The notes below the pieces were generated by a model. That model saw nothing but the letters and a program-made list of their open reading frames with translations. It had not been told where the DNA came from and searched no databases. A stretch of DNA of 64,000 nucleotides from assembly GCA_038087875.1 (NCBI GenBank), contig CM075995.1:6822001-6886000 (forward strand), written 5' to 3'. The translations under genes were made by a program, and so were the position numbers. The stretch's first letter is position 1. Every line of letters starts with the position of its first letter. Shown one piece after another: positions 36,401-49,219 of this stretch. Origin of the DNA: Malacoraja senta. Taxonomy: Eukaryota.

Positions 36401-38635
36401 GGTAACTGCTTTAAAAGGCTGCACTGCAAAAAAAATGGCTGTTGTTGGTGGTGGTAACTGCTTTGAAAGACTGCACTGCAAAAAAAATGGCTGTTGTTGG
36501 TGGTGGTAACTGCTTTGAAAGGCTGCACTGCAAAAAAATGGCTGTTGTTGGTGGTGGTAACTGCTTTTAAAAGACTGCACTGCAAAAAAAATGGCTGTTG
36601 TTGGTGGTGGTAACTGCTTTGAAAGGCTGCACTGCAAAAAAAATGGCTGTTGTTGGTGGTGGTAACTGCTTTGAAAGGCTGCACTGCAAAAAAATAGCTG
36701 TTGGTGGTGGTAACTGCTTTTAAATGGCTGCACTGGGGGAAAAAAGGCTGTTGTTGGTGGTAGTAACTGCTTTGAAAGGCTGCATTACAAAAAAAATGGC
36801 TGTTGTTGGTGGTGGTAACTGCTTTAAAAGGCTGCACTGCAAAAAAAATGGCTGTTGTTGGTGGTGGTAACTGCTTTGAAAGGCTGCACTGCAACAAAAA
36901 AAATGGCTGTTGTTGGTGGTGGTAACTGCGTTGAAATGCTGCAGTCCCAAAAAATTGGCTGTTGTTGGTGGTGGTAACTGCTTTGAAAGGCTGCTGCACT
37001 GCAAAAAAAATGGCTGTTGTTGGTGGTGGTAACTGCTTTGAAAGGCTGCACTGCAAAAGAAATGGCTGTTGTTGGTGGTAACTGCTTTGAAAGGCTGCAC
37101 TGCAAAAAAAAAGGCTGTTGGTGGTGGTAACTGCTTTGAAAGGCTGCACTGCAAAAAAAAGGCTTTTGTTGGTGGTGGTAACTGTTTTGAAAGGCTGCTG
37201 CACTGCAAAAAAAAATGGCTGCTGTTGGTGGTGGTAACTGCTTTGAAAGGCTGCACTGCAAAAAAAATGGCTGTTGTTGGTGGTGGTAACTGCTTTGAAA
37301 GGCTGCACTGCAAAAAATGGCTGTTGTTGGTTGTGGTAACTGCTTTGAAAGGCTGCACTGCAAAAAGAAATGGCTGTTGTTGGTGGTAACTGCTTTGAAA
37401 GGCTGCACTGCAAAAAAAAAGGCTGTTGGTGGTGGTAACTGCTTTGAAAGGCTGCACCGCAAAAAAAAGGCTTTTGTTGGTGGTGGTAACTGCTTTGAAA
37501 GGCTGCTGCACTGCAAAAAAAATGGCTGCTGTTGGTGGTGGTAACTGCTTTGAAAGGCTGCACTGCAAAAAAAAATGGCTGTTGTTGGTGGTGGTAAATG
37601 CTTTGAAAGACTGCACTGCAAAAAATGGCTGTTGTTGGTTGTGGTAACTGCTTTGAAACGCTGCACTGCAAAAAATGGCTGTTGTTGGTGGTGGTAACTG
37701 CTTTTAAAAGACTGCACTGCAAAAAAAAATGGCTGTTGTTGGTGGTGGTAACTGCTTTGAAAGGCTGCACTGCAAAAAAAATGGCTGTTGTTGGTGGTGG
37801 TAACTGCTTTGAAAGGCTGCAGTGCAAAAAAATGGCTGTTGTTGGTGGTGGTAACTGCTTTTAAATAGCTGCACTGGGGGAAAAAAGGCTGTTGTTGGTG
37901 GTAGTAACTGCTTTGAAAGGCTGCATTACAAAAAAAATGGCTGTTGTTGGTGGTGGTAACTGCTTTAAAAGGCTGCACTGCAAAAAAAAATGGCTGTTGT
38001 TGGTGGTGGTAACTGCTTTGAAAGACTGCACTGCAAAAAAAATGGCTGTTGTTGGTGGTGGTAACTGCTTTGAAAGGCTGCACTGCAAAAAAAATGGCTG
38101 TTGTTGGTGGTGGTAACTGCTTTTAAAAGACTGCACTGCGCAAAAAAAAATGGCTGTTGTTGGTGGTGGTAACTGCTTTGAAAGGCTGCACTGCAAAAAA
38201 AATGGCTGTTGTTGGTGGTGGTAACTGCTTTGAAAGGCTGCACTGCAAAAAAATAGCTGTTGGTGGTGGTAACTGCTTTTAAATGGCTGCACTGGGGGAA
38301 AAAAGGCTGTTGTTGGTGGTAGTAACTGCTTTGAAAGGCTGCATTACAAAAAAAATGGCTGTTGTTGGTGGTGGTAACTGCTTTAAAAGGCTGCACTGCA
38401 AAAAAAATGGCTGTTGTTGGTGGTGGTAACTGCTTTGAAAGGCTGCACTGCAACAAAAAAAATGGCTGTTGTTGGTGGTGGTAACTGCGTTGAAATGCTG
38501 CAGTCCCAAAAAATTGGCTGTTGTTGGTGGTGGTAACTGCTTTGAAAGGCTGCACTGCAAAAAAAAAAAGGCTGTTGTTGGTGGTGGTAACTGCTTTGAA
38601 AGGCAGCACGGCAAAACAAAAATTGGCTGTTTTTG
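33445..38635. repeat. Tandem array of ~52-bp units (~100 copies)
   Basis: Unit GGCTGTTGTTGGTGGTGGTAACTGCTTTGAAAGGCTGCACTGC(A)6-10T. Confidence 0.97.
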
Positions 38636-38837
38636 GAAGAAACTTGACAACTTCCTGTTTGCACTGGATATTGATTTTAGATAAAACGCTCCCACTTACG
38701 GCTGTGTTTTTTTTAGTAAGATACTCAGTTCCTCGCCATACATCAGGTGCAGAGGATTCTTCCCATGAATGGAAAATAAAAGTGTCATTAGTGTTTAAAA
38801 AAATGTTGAGAATCTCTCTCCTGTCAATCACGCCATG

Positions 38838-38920
38838 AAGGCCACGCCCCTTCCAGTTGGAGGGGGAGGGATTATAAAACCCGTAAGTGTGGGTGTGGCT
38901 CAGTCTCTGCAAGATGGGGG
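38838..38920 (+). promoter_or_regulatory. Putative Pol II core promoter 2 inside Helitron A
   Basis: GGCCACGCCCC (Sp/KLF-like), GGGGGAGGG, TATAAAA at 38873, Inr TCAGTC with its A at 38902, CAAGATGG at 38910. Confidence 0.48.
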
Positions 38921-39039
38921 AGAGAGAGGTCACGACTCTGTCTGAGCTGTGAATCATCTGAACACAATGAATGTCTACTGAACTGTGTGTGGTGTTTATG
39001 TGGTGTTTTGTGTGGTTTTATAGAGGTTTTATGGTGGTT

Positions 39040-40020
39040 TCATCCTGCTTGAAATGGTATGAAACTGCATTTGAATGTGGTGGCCTTGCACCCTGCTTGA
39101 AATGGTATGAAACTGCACTTCAATTTGGTTCTCTTGCACCCTGCTTGAAGTGGTATGAAACTGCACTTGAATTTGGTGGCCTTGCACCCTGCTTGAAATG
39201 GCATGAAACAGCACTAGCATTTGGTGGCCTTGCACCCTGCTTGAATTGACATGAAACTGCACTTGAATTTGGCGGCCTTGCACCCTGCTTGAAGTGGCAT
39301 GAAACTGCACTTGAATTTGGTGGCCTTGCACCCTGCTTGAAATGGAATGAAACTGCCCTTGAATTTGGTGGCCTTGCACCCTGCTTGAAATGGAATGAAA
39401 CTGCACTTGAATTTGGTGGCCTTGCACCCTGCTTGAAATGGCATGAAAGTGCACTTGAATTTGGTGGCCTTGCACCCTGCTTGAAATGGTACGAAACTGC
39501 ATTTGAATTTGGTTCCCTTGCACCCTGCTTGAAATGGAATGAAACTGCACTTGAATTTGGTGGACTTGCACCCTGCTTGAAGTGGTAGGAAACTGCACTT
39601 GAATTTGGTGGCCTTGCACCCTGCTTGAAGTGGTAGGAAACTGCACCTGAATTTGGTGGCCTTGCACCCTGCTTGAAGTGGTAAGAAACTGCACTTGAAT
39701 TCGGTGGCCTTGCACCCTGCTTGAAGTGGTATGAAACTGCAATTGAATTCGGTGGCCTTGCACCCTGCTTGAAGTGGTAAGAAACTGCACTTGAATTTGG
39801 TGGCCTTGCACCCTGCTTGAAGTGGTAGGAAACTGCACCTGAATTTGGTGGCCTTGCACCCTGCTTGAAGTGGTATGAAACTGCAATTGAATTTGGTGGC
39901 CTTGCACCCTGCTTGAAGTGGTAAGAAACTGCACTTGAATTTGGTGGCCATGCACCCTGCTTGAAATGGTAGGAAACTGTATTTGAATTTGGTTGCCTTG
40001 CACCCTGCTTGAAATGGAAT
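39040..40020. repeat. Tandem array of 48-bp units (~20 copies)
   Basis: Unit GAAACTGCACTTGAATTTGGTGGCCTTGCACCCTGCTTGAARTGGTAT; gives a 16-aa period in the ORF track. Confidence 0.97.
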
Positions 40021-40414
40021 TTCAAGGAATAGCCGTGAGTCAACTGCCAGCCCACCAGCCGTGAGTGAGCTGCCAGCACATCAGGCGTGAGGGACTGAGC
40101 TGCCACCCCAAGAATCCATTTGACCCACAATGTCCATACTAACCAGTCCCTTCAGCCCACAGTACCCATACTAGCGCTCCAGAAAGCCCCCCCCCACTGG
40201 CTACCAATATTGGAATTGGTGGAGAGGTGGAATATTGCATTGTGGGACCAGCCTTCCCGTGTGAACATGGGACCCAACGGGGGGGGGGGGGGGGGGGTCC
40301 CACATAGTCTAGTGTGTATATATATATATAGTACATACTCACATTGTAGGAGCCATTTATGCTTAGGATATGTGTCAAATTGCCATTACACACATATACA
40401 TATATATATATAGT

Positions 40415-41218
40415 CAATAGTCAGATTTATTCGTCGCAATAAAGTGCAGTGAAATGAATTTGCCAGCAGCGGTACAATAAAAAAAGAACACACAAAGCAC
40501 AATAAAAATTTAATACAAACATCCACCACAGCATTCATCACTGTGGTGGAAGGCACAAAGTTTAGTCAGTCCTCCTCCATTTTCCCCTGTGGTCGGACCA
40601 CAACCCTCCGCAGTCGCCGCTGCGGGCAGCCAGATGTGCAGACAAGGTAAGTCCTGAATTGGTGCTTCCCTACCGGAGACTGCGGCTTCAAGATGGTGTA
40701 GGCCGCAGGCCGGCGGTCGAAGATCTAAAGTCCCCGCCGCGCTGCAGTTAGAGGCACCGCAGACCGCGGCTTCAAAAGATGTTGTAGGCCGCGGGCCGGC
40801 GGTCGGAGCTCCTGTCCAGGTTTCCCCGGCGAGGGATCCCAGGCTCCGGACGCCGCGCCAGCTGGAGCTCCGTAGACCGCGGCTTCAGGCTGCCGCGGGC
40901 CAGCGATCGGAGCGCTTCCTTCTGACGAAGGCTCGCCCGCTCTGCGATGAAAAAGTCTACGCTACGCCTGCTGCTGAAGCCCCGGGCCCATCTCCGGGAA
41001 AGGCCGCACCGATCCTTTGTGTTAGGCCGCGAGGGAGGCGACATGGAAAAAGTTGCCTCTCCGTGGAGGAGGCGACCGAAGCGGTTTCCCCGTTACCCCC
41101 CCCACACAAGACACACCAAGAAACATTAAAAACACACATTGGGACATACTAAAAAAACAAAAAAAGTAGAAAATGACTAACACGCTGCTGGCAGGGTAGC
41201 CAGCTTGCAGCGCCCCCC
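40415..41218 (-). mobile_element. Unclassified GC-rich interspersed repeat related to 5360-6550
   Basis: Shared terminal blocks, CpG-rich core with internal repeats (agaccgcggcttca), tail ataaatctgactattgacta. Confidence 0.55.
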
Positions 41219-41664
41219 ACCGACACATATAGAGACACAAAATATATATATACACATACTGTATATATAGACACACATATATACACACAGAACTTTTTTT
41301 TCTCTCTTGTTTATTATATAGTTTACATGTTTACATATTCTGTTGTGCTGCAGCAAGTAAGAATTTCATTGTTCTATCTGGGACATATGACAATAAATCA
41401 CTCTTTGATTGTGGATACAAGCATTTGCAAGCATCCAAGTAATAAAGTGGATACTCCCAGTTGACTAGAGTGGGTTTCTGTAAGTTACAAGACCTCTTTG
41501 GTACCATGTAAAGAATAAATTGTACATGCTGCAGTAATTTCACAAATGTATTGAAGTTATTGCAAGAATTTAATGTTGCTTTAATCTGTTTTAAGGGAAA
41601 TTCCTCAGCCCACAGTTTAGGATGAAGGATGGAGACATAAGGAACTGCAGATGTTGGAATCTTA

Positions 41665-42983
41665 CATAGAAACATAGAAAATAGGTGTAGGAGGAGGCCA
41701 TTCAGCCCTTCGAGCCAGCACTGCCATTCATTGTGATCATGGCTGATCGTCCCCAATCAATAACCCGTGCCTGCCTTCTCCCCATATCCCTTGATTCCAC
41801 CAGCCCCTAGAGCTCTATCTAACACCCTCTTAAATCTCTACAAATTCACAACTCTCTGGGTGAAAAAGCTTTTTCTCACCTCAGTCTTAAATGGCCTCCC
41901 CTTTATTCTAAGACTATGGCCCCTGGTTCTGGACTCGCCCAACATTGGGAACATTTTTCCTACATCTAGCCTGTCCAGTCCTTTTATAAGTTTCTATAAG
42001 ATATCCCCTCATCCTTCTAAACTCCAGTGAATACAAGCCTAGTCTTTTCAATCTTTCCTCATATGACAGTCCCGCCATCCCAGGGATCAATCTCGTGAAT
42101 CTACGCTGCACTGCCTCAATCACAAGGATGTCCTTCCTCAAATTAGGAGACCAAAACTGTACACAATACTCCAGATGTGGTCTTACCAGAGCCCTATACA
42201 ACTGCAGAAGAACCTCTTTAAGGGCCTGTCCCACGGGCATGCGACTCCATGCGGCAAGCGCGACCTAACCGCAAGCGGGGGCTGTGCGGAGGCCGCGCGG
42301 AGGTCGCGGGGCCGGTCCCACTTCGATCGCCGGAGCAGTATGGAGTTGTGCGGAGCTGGTCCCGACATCATGCGGGGCTCCGAAAAACTGACACTGTTCA
42401 AAAATTACGTGCGGCAACGGCCTGCCGCCCCGCAGCCGCATCGAGGCCGTGCGCACCACCTCGACGGCGGTGCACACCGCCTCGACGCCGGACGCAGCCG
42501 CCTCGCCGCCGTACGCACCGTCTTGACGTCACTCGACCTCCGCGCGGCCCCCGCTTCCGATTTGGTAGCGCTTGCCGCATGCAGCCACATGCTGGTGGGA
42601 CCAGCCCTGTACGGGGATCACTCGTCCTCCGCGCGGCCCCCGCGGGGCCCCCCGCTTGCGGTTAGGTCGCACTTGCCGCATGGAGTCGCATGCCCGTGGG
42701 ACAGGCCCTTTACTCCTATACTGAAATCCTCTTGTTATGAAGGCCAACATTCCATTAGCTTTCTTCACTGCCTGCTGTACCTGCACGCCAACTTTCAGTG
42801 ACTTGTGTACAAAGACGCCCAGGTCTCGCTGCACCTCCCCCTTACCTAACCTAACCCCATTGAGATAATAATATGCCCCCTTGTTTTTGTCGCCAAAGTG
42901 GATAACCTCACATTTATCTATATTATACTGCATCTGCCACGCATCTGCCCACTCACTCAACCTGTCCAGGTCACCCTGCAACC
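41665..42983 (-). mobile_element. CR1 fragment interrupted by a MITE
   Basis: LQGDLDRLSEWADAW...GFQYRSK|EVLLQLYRALVRPHLEYC is continuous across 42221-42712. Confidence 0.9.
42221..42709. mobile_element. PIF/Harbinger-like MITE, family 2 (489 bp, GC-rich)
   Basis: ~60-bp TIRs AGGGCCTGTCCCACGGGCATGCGACTCCATGCGGCAAG...; TTA TSD at 42218-42220 and 42710-42712. Confidence 0.92.
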
Positions 42984-43378
42984 CTTCTTCAGACTAGTTA
43001 GGGATAAGGGAAACGAGAGATATAGACAGTGATGTGGAGAGATAAAGAACAATGAATGAAAGATATGCAAAAAAGTACCTATGATAAAGGTAACAGGCCG
43101 TTGTTAGCTGTTTGTTTTGTGAAAACGAGAAGCTGGTGTGACTTGGGTGGGGGAGGTGTAGAGAGAGAGGGAATGCCGGGGCTAGCTGAAGTGAGAGAAA
43201 TCAATGTTCATACCGCTGGGGTGTAAGCTGCCCAAGCGAAGTATGAGATGCTGTTCCTCCAATTTGTGTATAGCTTCACTCTGACAATGGAGGAGACCGA
43301 GGACAGAAAGGTCACTGTGGGAATGGGAAGGGGAATTAAAGTGTATAGCAACCGGGAGATCAGATAGGTTCAGGCGGG
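42983..43378 (-). mobile_element. Penelope-like 3' fragment
   Basis: PVAIHFNSPSHSHSDLSVLGLLHCQSEAIHKLEEQHLILRLGSLHPSGMNIDFS. Confidence 0.82.
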
Positions 43379-44369
43379 CAGAGAACATAGAACAATACCG
43401 ACACAAAACAGCTGGAGTAACTCAACAGGTCAGGCGGCATCTCTGGAATAAAAGGAATACTTAACGTTTCGGGTCGAGACCCCTCTTCAGACTGCCTCTC
43501 TGAAGAAGGGTCTCGACCCAAAACATCAAGTATTCCTTTTATTCCAGAGATGCCGCCTGACCTGTTGAGTTACTCCAGCTGTTTTGTGTCGGTATTGTTC
43601 TATGTTCTCTTACGAGCAATCGCTGCATCATTGCGTTGCAGAATATCAAGCGTTGTGTTCTCCAGAATCGACACCCGCCATCTTTACCAAGCTTAAAAGC
43701 TTAACAAAACCGAGAGAAATCCAGTCTAACAAATGGGAAAGAAATGCCAAGTCGATAAAAGAGCAATAGGTTGCAGATAATGCTAAGCAACGTCACTCCT
43801 GTGATAATTACCATGCTCGACGTAGCTCCTGTGGCTGGGATGAAAGTTTAAAAAAAAGAGAAAGATCTGGAGCATGAGGCAACCTGCAATTACTGTTATT
43901 GGAGGCTGTTATTGGAGTATTTTTAGAAACCGTTGAGTATGCTTTTAAATGTGACATTGAAATAAGAAATGTTCAGCGGAAACAATGAGAGGTGATCGTT
44001 TAAGCCATGCACTGCTGTTTGCAAACTAGAGCGATTTTGTTAGGCATTGCTCACCGCTAGAAATTGTTCACCGATGATATTATAACATTATGTAGGAGGA
44101 ACTGCTGCTGCCGGTTTAGAAACATAGAAACGTAGAAAATAGGTGCAGGAGTAGGCCATTCGGCCCTTCGAGCTAGCACCGCCATTCATTATGATCATGG
44201 CTGATCATCCACAATCAGTACCCTGATCCTGCTTTCTCCCCATATCCCGAATCCGATAGCCCTAAGAGCTAAATCCAACTCTCTCTTGAAAATACACCGA
44301 AGATAGATACATAATGCCGGAGCACCTGGAGGAAACCATGCATATCATATGTGGAACATACAAAGTGCA

Positions 44370-44830
44370 CATGGTATTGGGGGTAGGGTGTTGACGTGGA
44401 TAGAAAGTTAGTTGGCAGACCGGAAGCAAAGAGTAGGAGTGAACGGGTCCTTTTCAGAATGGCAGGCAGTGGCGAGTGGAGTGCCGCAAGGCTCGGTGTT
44501 GGGGCTGCAACTGTTTACCATATATATTAATGATTTGGAAGAGGGAATTAGGAGCAACACTAGCATGTTTGCGGATGACACAAAGCTGGGTGGCAGTGTG
44601 AATTGCGAAGAGGATGTTAGGAGGTTGCAGGGTGACCTGGACAGGTTGAGTGAGTGGGCAGATGCGTGGCAGATGCAGTATAATATAGATAAATGTGAGG
44701 TTATCCACTTTGGTGGCAAAAACAAGGGGGCAGATTATTATCTCAATGGGGTTAGGTTAGGTAAGGGGGAGGTACAGCGAGACCTGGGTGTCCTTCGCGT
44801 GCAGGTACAGCAGGCAGTGAAGAAAGCTAA
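44370..44830 (+). mobile_element. CR1 RT fragment
   Basis: RKQRVGVNGSFSEW..VASGVPQGSVLG...FADDTK. Confidence 0.9.
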
Positions 44831-45027
44831 TAGAATATCAGGTGGTGCAGGCTCGAATGGCTCAATGGCCTCCTCCTGCACCTATTATCTATGTTTCTAC
44901 AGCATCTGAGGTCAGGATTGTACCAGGGTCTCTGGCACTAGGAGGTAGTGGCTCTACCAGCTGCGCCACCATGCCACAAAGCTACTTCCTGCCTACCGAT
45001 ACTAATACCACTAATACCAAAGCTTTT

Positions 45028-46207
45028 AGTCTCTTGCCCAGAGTAGGGGAATTGAAAGGCCAGGACTCTATTCCTTGGAGCGCAGGAGGATGAGGGTGAT
45101 CTTATAAAGGTGTACAAAATTATGAGAGGAATAGTCTCTTGCCCGGAGTAGGGGAATCGAGAACCAGAGGATATAGGTTTAAGGTGAAGGGGGAAAGATT
45201 GTATAGGAATCTGACTTTTTCGCACAAAGGGTGGTGGGTGTATGGAATGAGCTGCAAGAGGAGGTAGTTGAGGCTGGGACTATCGCTACGTTTAAGAAAT
45301 GTGTAGACAGGTACATGGATAGGACAATTTTACAGGGATATGGACGAAACGCAGGCAGGTGGGACTAGTGGAGCTGGGACATATTGGTCGGTGTGGGCAA
45401 GTTGGGCGAAGGGCCTGTTTCCACGCTGTATCACTCTATGACGAACTCATTCCATCGGTTTGTATAAGACATCCCGTTTCCCTTGGGTAGACTGAGCTAC
45501 AACTGAGCATTTACTTTGATTGTGTTTATTTGAGCGATACAGCGTGGAAACGCACCGACCAGCGATCCCTGCACATTAACACTACCCTACGCACACTGTG
45601 GACAATTTACACTTATACCAAGCCAATTAACCTACAAACCTGTACGTCTTTGGAGTTCACAAGTTCATGTTCACAAGTTATAGGAGTGGAATTAGGCCAT
45701 TCGGCCCATCGAGTCTACTCCGCCATTCAATCATGGCTGATCTCTGCCTCCTAATCCCATTTTCCTGCCTTCTCCCCATAACCCTTGACACCCGTTCTAA
45801 TCACGAATTTGTCTATCTCTGCCTTAATAATATCCACTGACTTGGCCTCCACAGCCCTCTGTGGCAATGAGTTCCACAGATTCACCACCCTCTGACTAAA
45901 GAAGTTCCTCCTCACCTCTTTTCTAAAAGGGCACCCTTTAATTCTGAAGCCATGACCTCTGGTCCTGGACTCTCCCACCAGTGGAAACATCCTCTCCACA
46001 TCCACTATCCAGGCCTTTCATTATTCTATAAATTTCAATGAGGTCCCCCCTCAACCTTCTAAACTCCAGCGAGTACAGGCCCAGTGCAGTCAACGCTCAT
46101 CATATGCTAACCCACTCATTACTGGAATCATTCATGTAAACCTCCTCTGGACCCTCTTCAGAGCCAGCACATCCTTCCTCAGATATGGAGCCCAAATTTG
46201 CTCACAG
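45028..46207. mobile_element. CR1 3' fragments (45028-45442 plus; 45655-46207 minus, nested in a SINE)
   Basis: CR1 C-terminal motifs and tails; SINE halves at 45530-45655 and 46207-46340. Confidence 0.8.
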
Positions 46208-48399
46208 TGTGGGAGGAAAGCGAAGATCTGAGAAAAACCATGCAGGTCACAGGCAGAGCGTACAAACTGTACAGACTGCCTCCGTAGGCACGGCAAGAGC
46301 TGTAAAGCAGCAACTCTACCGCTGCGCCACCGTTGCCACCTTCATTTTATGATGCAGTTATTTTTTTCACTCATAGTCATAGAGTGAAACAGGTCCTTCG
46401 ACCCAATTTGCACACAACGACCAACATGTCCCACCTGCACTAGTCTCACCTGCTTGCGTTTGGTCCCTATCTCTCCAAACCTGCCCTATCCAAGTACCTG
46501 TCTAACTATTTCTTAACCTTTCGGATAGTCCTCAACTAGCTGAGCCTGAAGAAGGATCTCGACACGAAACGTCACCCATTCCTTCTATCCAGAGATGCTG
46601 TCTGTCCCTCTGAGTTACTCCGGCATTTTGTGTCTCTCTTCATCTACCTCCTCCGGCAGCTTGTTCCATACACCCGCCACCACTTTGTATGAAAAAATTA
46701 CCCCTCAGATTCCTACTGAGTCTTTTCACCTTTACCTTGAACCTATGTCCTCTGGTCCTCGATTCCCCTACGCTGGGCAAGAGACTTTGTGCGTCTGCCC
46801 GATGTATTCCTCTTCTTGGTGACGATGCTGCTGTGATCGCCTGTGTTGTTTGCGGTCCCTGGCTGTTTTCTGTCGTCCCGAGCCTTGTGCAAGTAAATCA
46901 TCTGCCTGAATTGAGGAACAAAATAGCAGTTTACGCAACATGCACTGATGTGTCATCTCGTGCCATTTAGAGGAGTGTTATGATACTGGAAAATTATATA
47001 CTTCAGTGATCTACGTACTGTAAGGGTCAATTAGGCTTTCGTGGATGTGACAAGCAATGCTCTGTATCCACCATTTCACTCTTTTTTTTCCCCTTTGTAT
47101 CTTCATAAGTGACCATAAGATCATGTGATAGGAACATAGAAACATAGACAATAGGTGCAAGAGTGGGCCATTCGCCCTTCGAGCCAGCACCGCCATTCAA
47201 TATGATCATGGCTGATCATCCAAAATCAGTACCCCGTTCCTGCTTTCCCCCCATATCCCTTGACTCCATTAGCACTAGGAGCGAGATCTAACTCTCAAGG
47301 CAGAATTAGGCCATACGGCCCATCAAGCCTACTCCGCCATTCAATCATGGCTGATCTATCTCTCCCCACTTCTGCCCATAACCTCTGACCCCATTCTATT
47401 CAAGGATCTCTGCCTTAAATATATCCACTGACTTTGCCTCCATGGCCTTCTGTGGCAAAGAATTCCACAGATTCACCACCCTCACTCGGAGTAATGGGGG
47501 GAGCCGATTAACTCACAAGAACATATTAGAATGGCATGTATGAAAGCTAATCATATGTAGGAATCTTGGTCAGCCAAGTTTTAGGGTCATAGAGTCATAC
47601 AGTTCAGTTCAGTTTATTGTCATGTGTACCGAGGTACAATGAAAAGCTTTTGTTGCGTGCTGTCCAGCCAGCGGAAAGATGATATGTGCTTGCAATCAAG
47701 CCGTCCACAGTGTACAGATACATGATACGGGAATAGAAAAAACGGTAAGGCGGAAACAGGCTCTTCGGCCCATCGAGTCCGCACCGACCTGCGGTCCCCG
47801 CACATTAACACTGTCCTGCACACATTAGGGACAATTAACATTTGTACCCGCCTTCAAACATGATTCGGGCAGCCCGATGGCGCAGCGGTAGAGTTGCTGC
47901 CTCACAGCGCCACACACCCGGGATCGATCCTGACTACGGGTGCTGTCTGTACGGAGTTTGTACGTTCTCCCCGGAACAGCAGGATCTGGATCGATTGGCC
48001 AGGTGGGCTGAGGAATGGTTGATGGAATTTAACAGAGAGAAATGTGAGGCGTTGCATTTTGGGACGTCTATTTTGGAACACTCCCCAGAGGCCTACCGTT
48101 CACTGTGTAGGTCGTGCCCATGAGTCTGAGAAGGGTCTCGACCCGAAACGTCGCCTATTCCATCGCTCCATAGATACTGCCTCACCCGCTGAGTTTCTCC
48201 AGCATTTCTGTCTCCCTTTTATACCAAGCCAAGTATATCACTGTGCCGCCGTGCCGCCCCTCTCTGTAGGACAAACTGTTTCAGGAACTGCATGAGCAAC
48301 CTGCGTAACCTTGTGGCCTCACGAAAGTCTGATATAACTGTGGCATGACCTCCCCAGATTCTGAGTACAGAGAACCCAGACACTCAAAAAAGGTCTCGA

Positions 48400-49030
48400 C
48401 TTCCTCATCTGGCAGCTCGTTCCACACACCCACCACACTTTGTGTGAAAAAGTTAAATGTTACCCCTCAGGTTCCTATTCTTTCCCCCCTCGCCTTAAAC
48501 CTATGTCCTCTGGTTCTCGATTCCCCTACTCTGGACAAGATCGTCTACCCGATCTATTCCTCTCATGATTTTGTACATCTCTATAAGATCACATCTCATC
48601 CTTCTGCACTCCAAGGAATGGAATCCCAGCCTGCTCAGCCTCTATCAATAGCTCAGTCCCTCGAGTCCCGGCAACATCCTCGTAAATCTTCCTTGAACCC
48701 TTTCTTGCTTGACAACATATTTCTTAAAACATGGTGCCCAGAACTGAACACAATACTCTTAAATGCGACCTCACAAAGCCTTATACAACATGAACTCCCA
48801 ACTTCTTTTCTCAATACTCTGGCTAATGACCACCCGAACTACCTGTGACTCCACCTTCAGGGAACCGTGCACCTGCACTCTTCGATCCCTCTGCTCTACA
48901 ACACTCCCCAGAGCCCTACCATTCACTGTGTAGGTCCTGCCCATATTAAACGTCCCAAAATGCAACACCTCACATTTCTCTCTGTTAAATTCCATCAACC
49001 ATTCCTCAGCCCACTGGCCAATCGATTCAG
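48400..49030 (-). mobile_element. Degenerate CR1 fragment
   Basis: WAEEWLMEFNREKCEVLHFG motif. Confidence 0.8.
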
Positions 49031-49219
49031 ACCCTGCTGTCACGGGGAGAACGTACAAACTCCGTACAGACAGCACCCGTAGTCAGGATCGATCCCGGGT
49101 GTGTGGCGCTGTGAGGCAGCAACTCTACCGCCAAGTCTGTGCCGACCAGCGATCCCCACACTCTTACACGAACTAGTGGGGGAGGATGATGGGGAAAATG
49201 GAATGCCTTTCATTGCAAA

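Larger units (their letters stand above)
33078..40312 (+). mobile_element. Non-autonomous Helitron-like element, family A (7.2 kb, carries two tandem arrays)
   Basis: 5' A|TCTATATTACTAAAA; 3' hairpin GGGACCC-aac(G-run)-GGGTCCC, then ACATAGT-CTAG|T; no TSD or TIR; sits in a TA-rich site. Confidence 0.82.

Noticed and set aside
33445..40020. CRISPR-like array
   Set aside because: Units are contiguous with only point or length variants; there are no unique spacers, no cas genes, and the context is eukaryotic.
33402..40130. Long ORFs (up to 556 aa) over the arrays, also at 50743-53540
   Set aside because: They arise from stop-poor tandem repeats, appear in multiple frames, shift with poly(A) length and show no domain.
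42175..42801. GC-rich ORFs or a CpG-island gene
   Set aside because: Explained by the MITE with a TTA TSD inserted in CR1.
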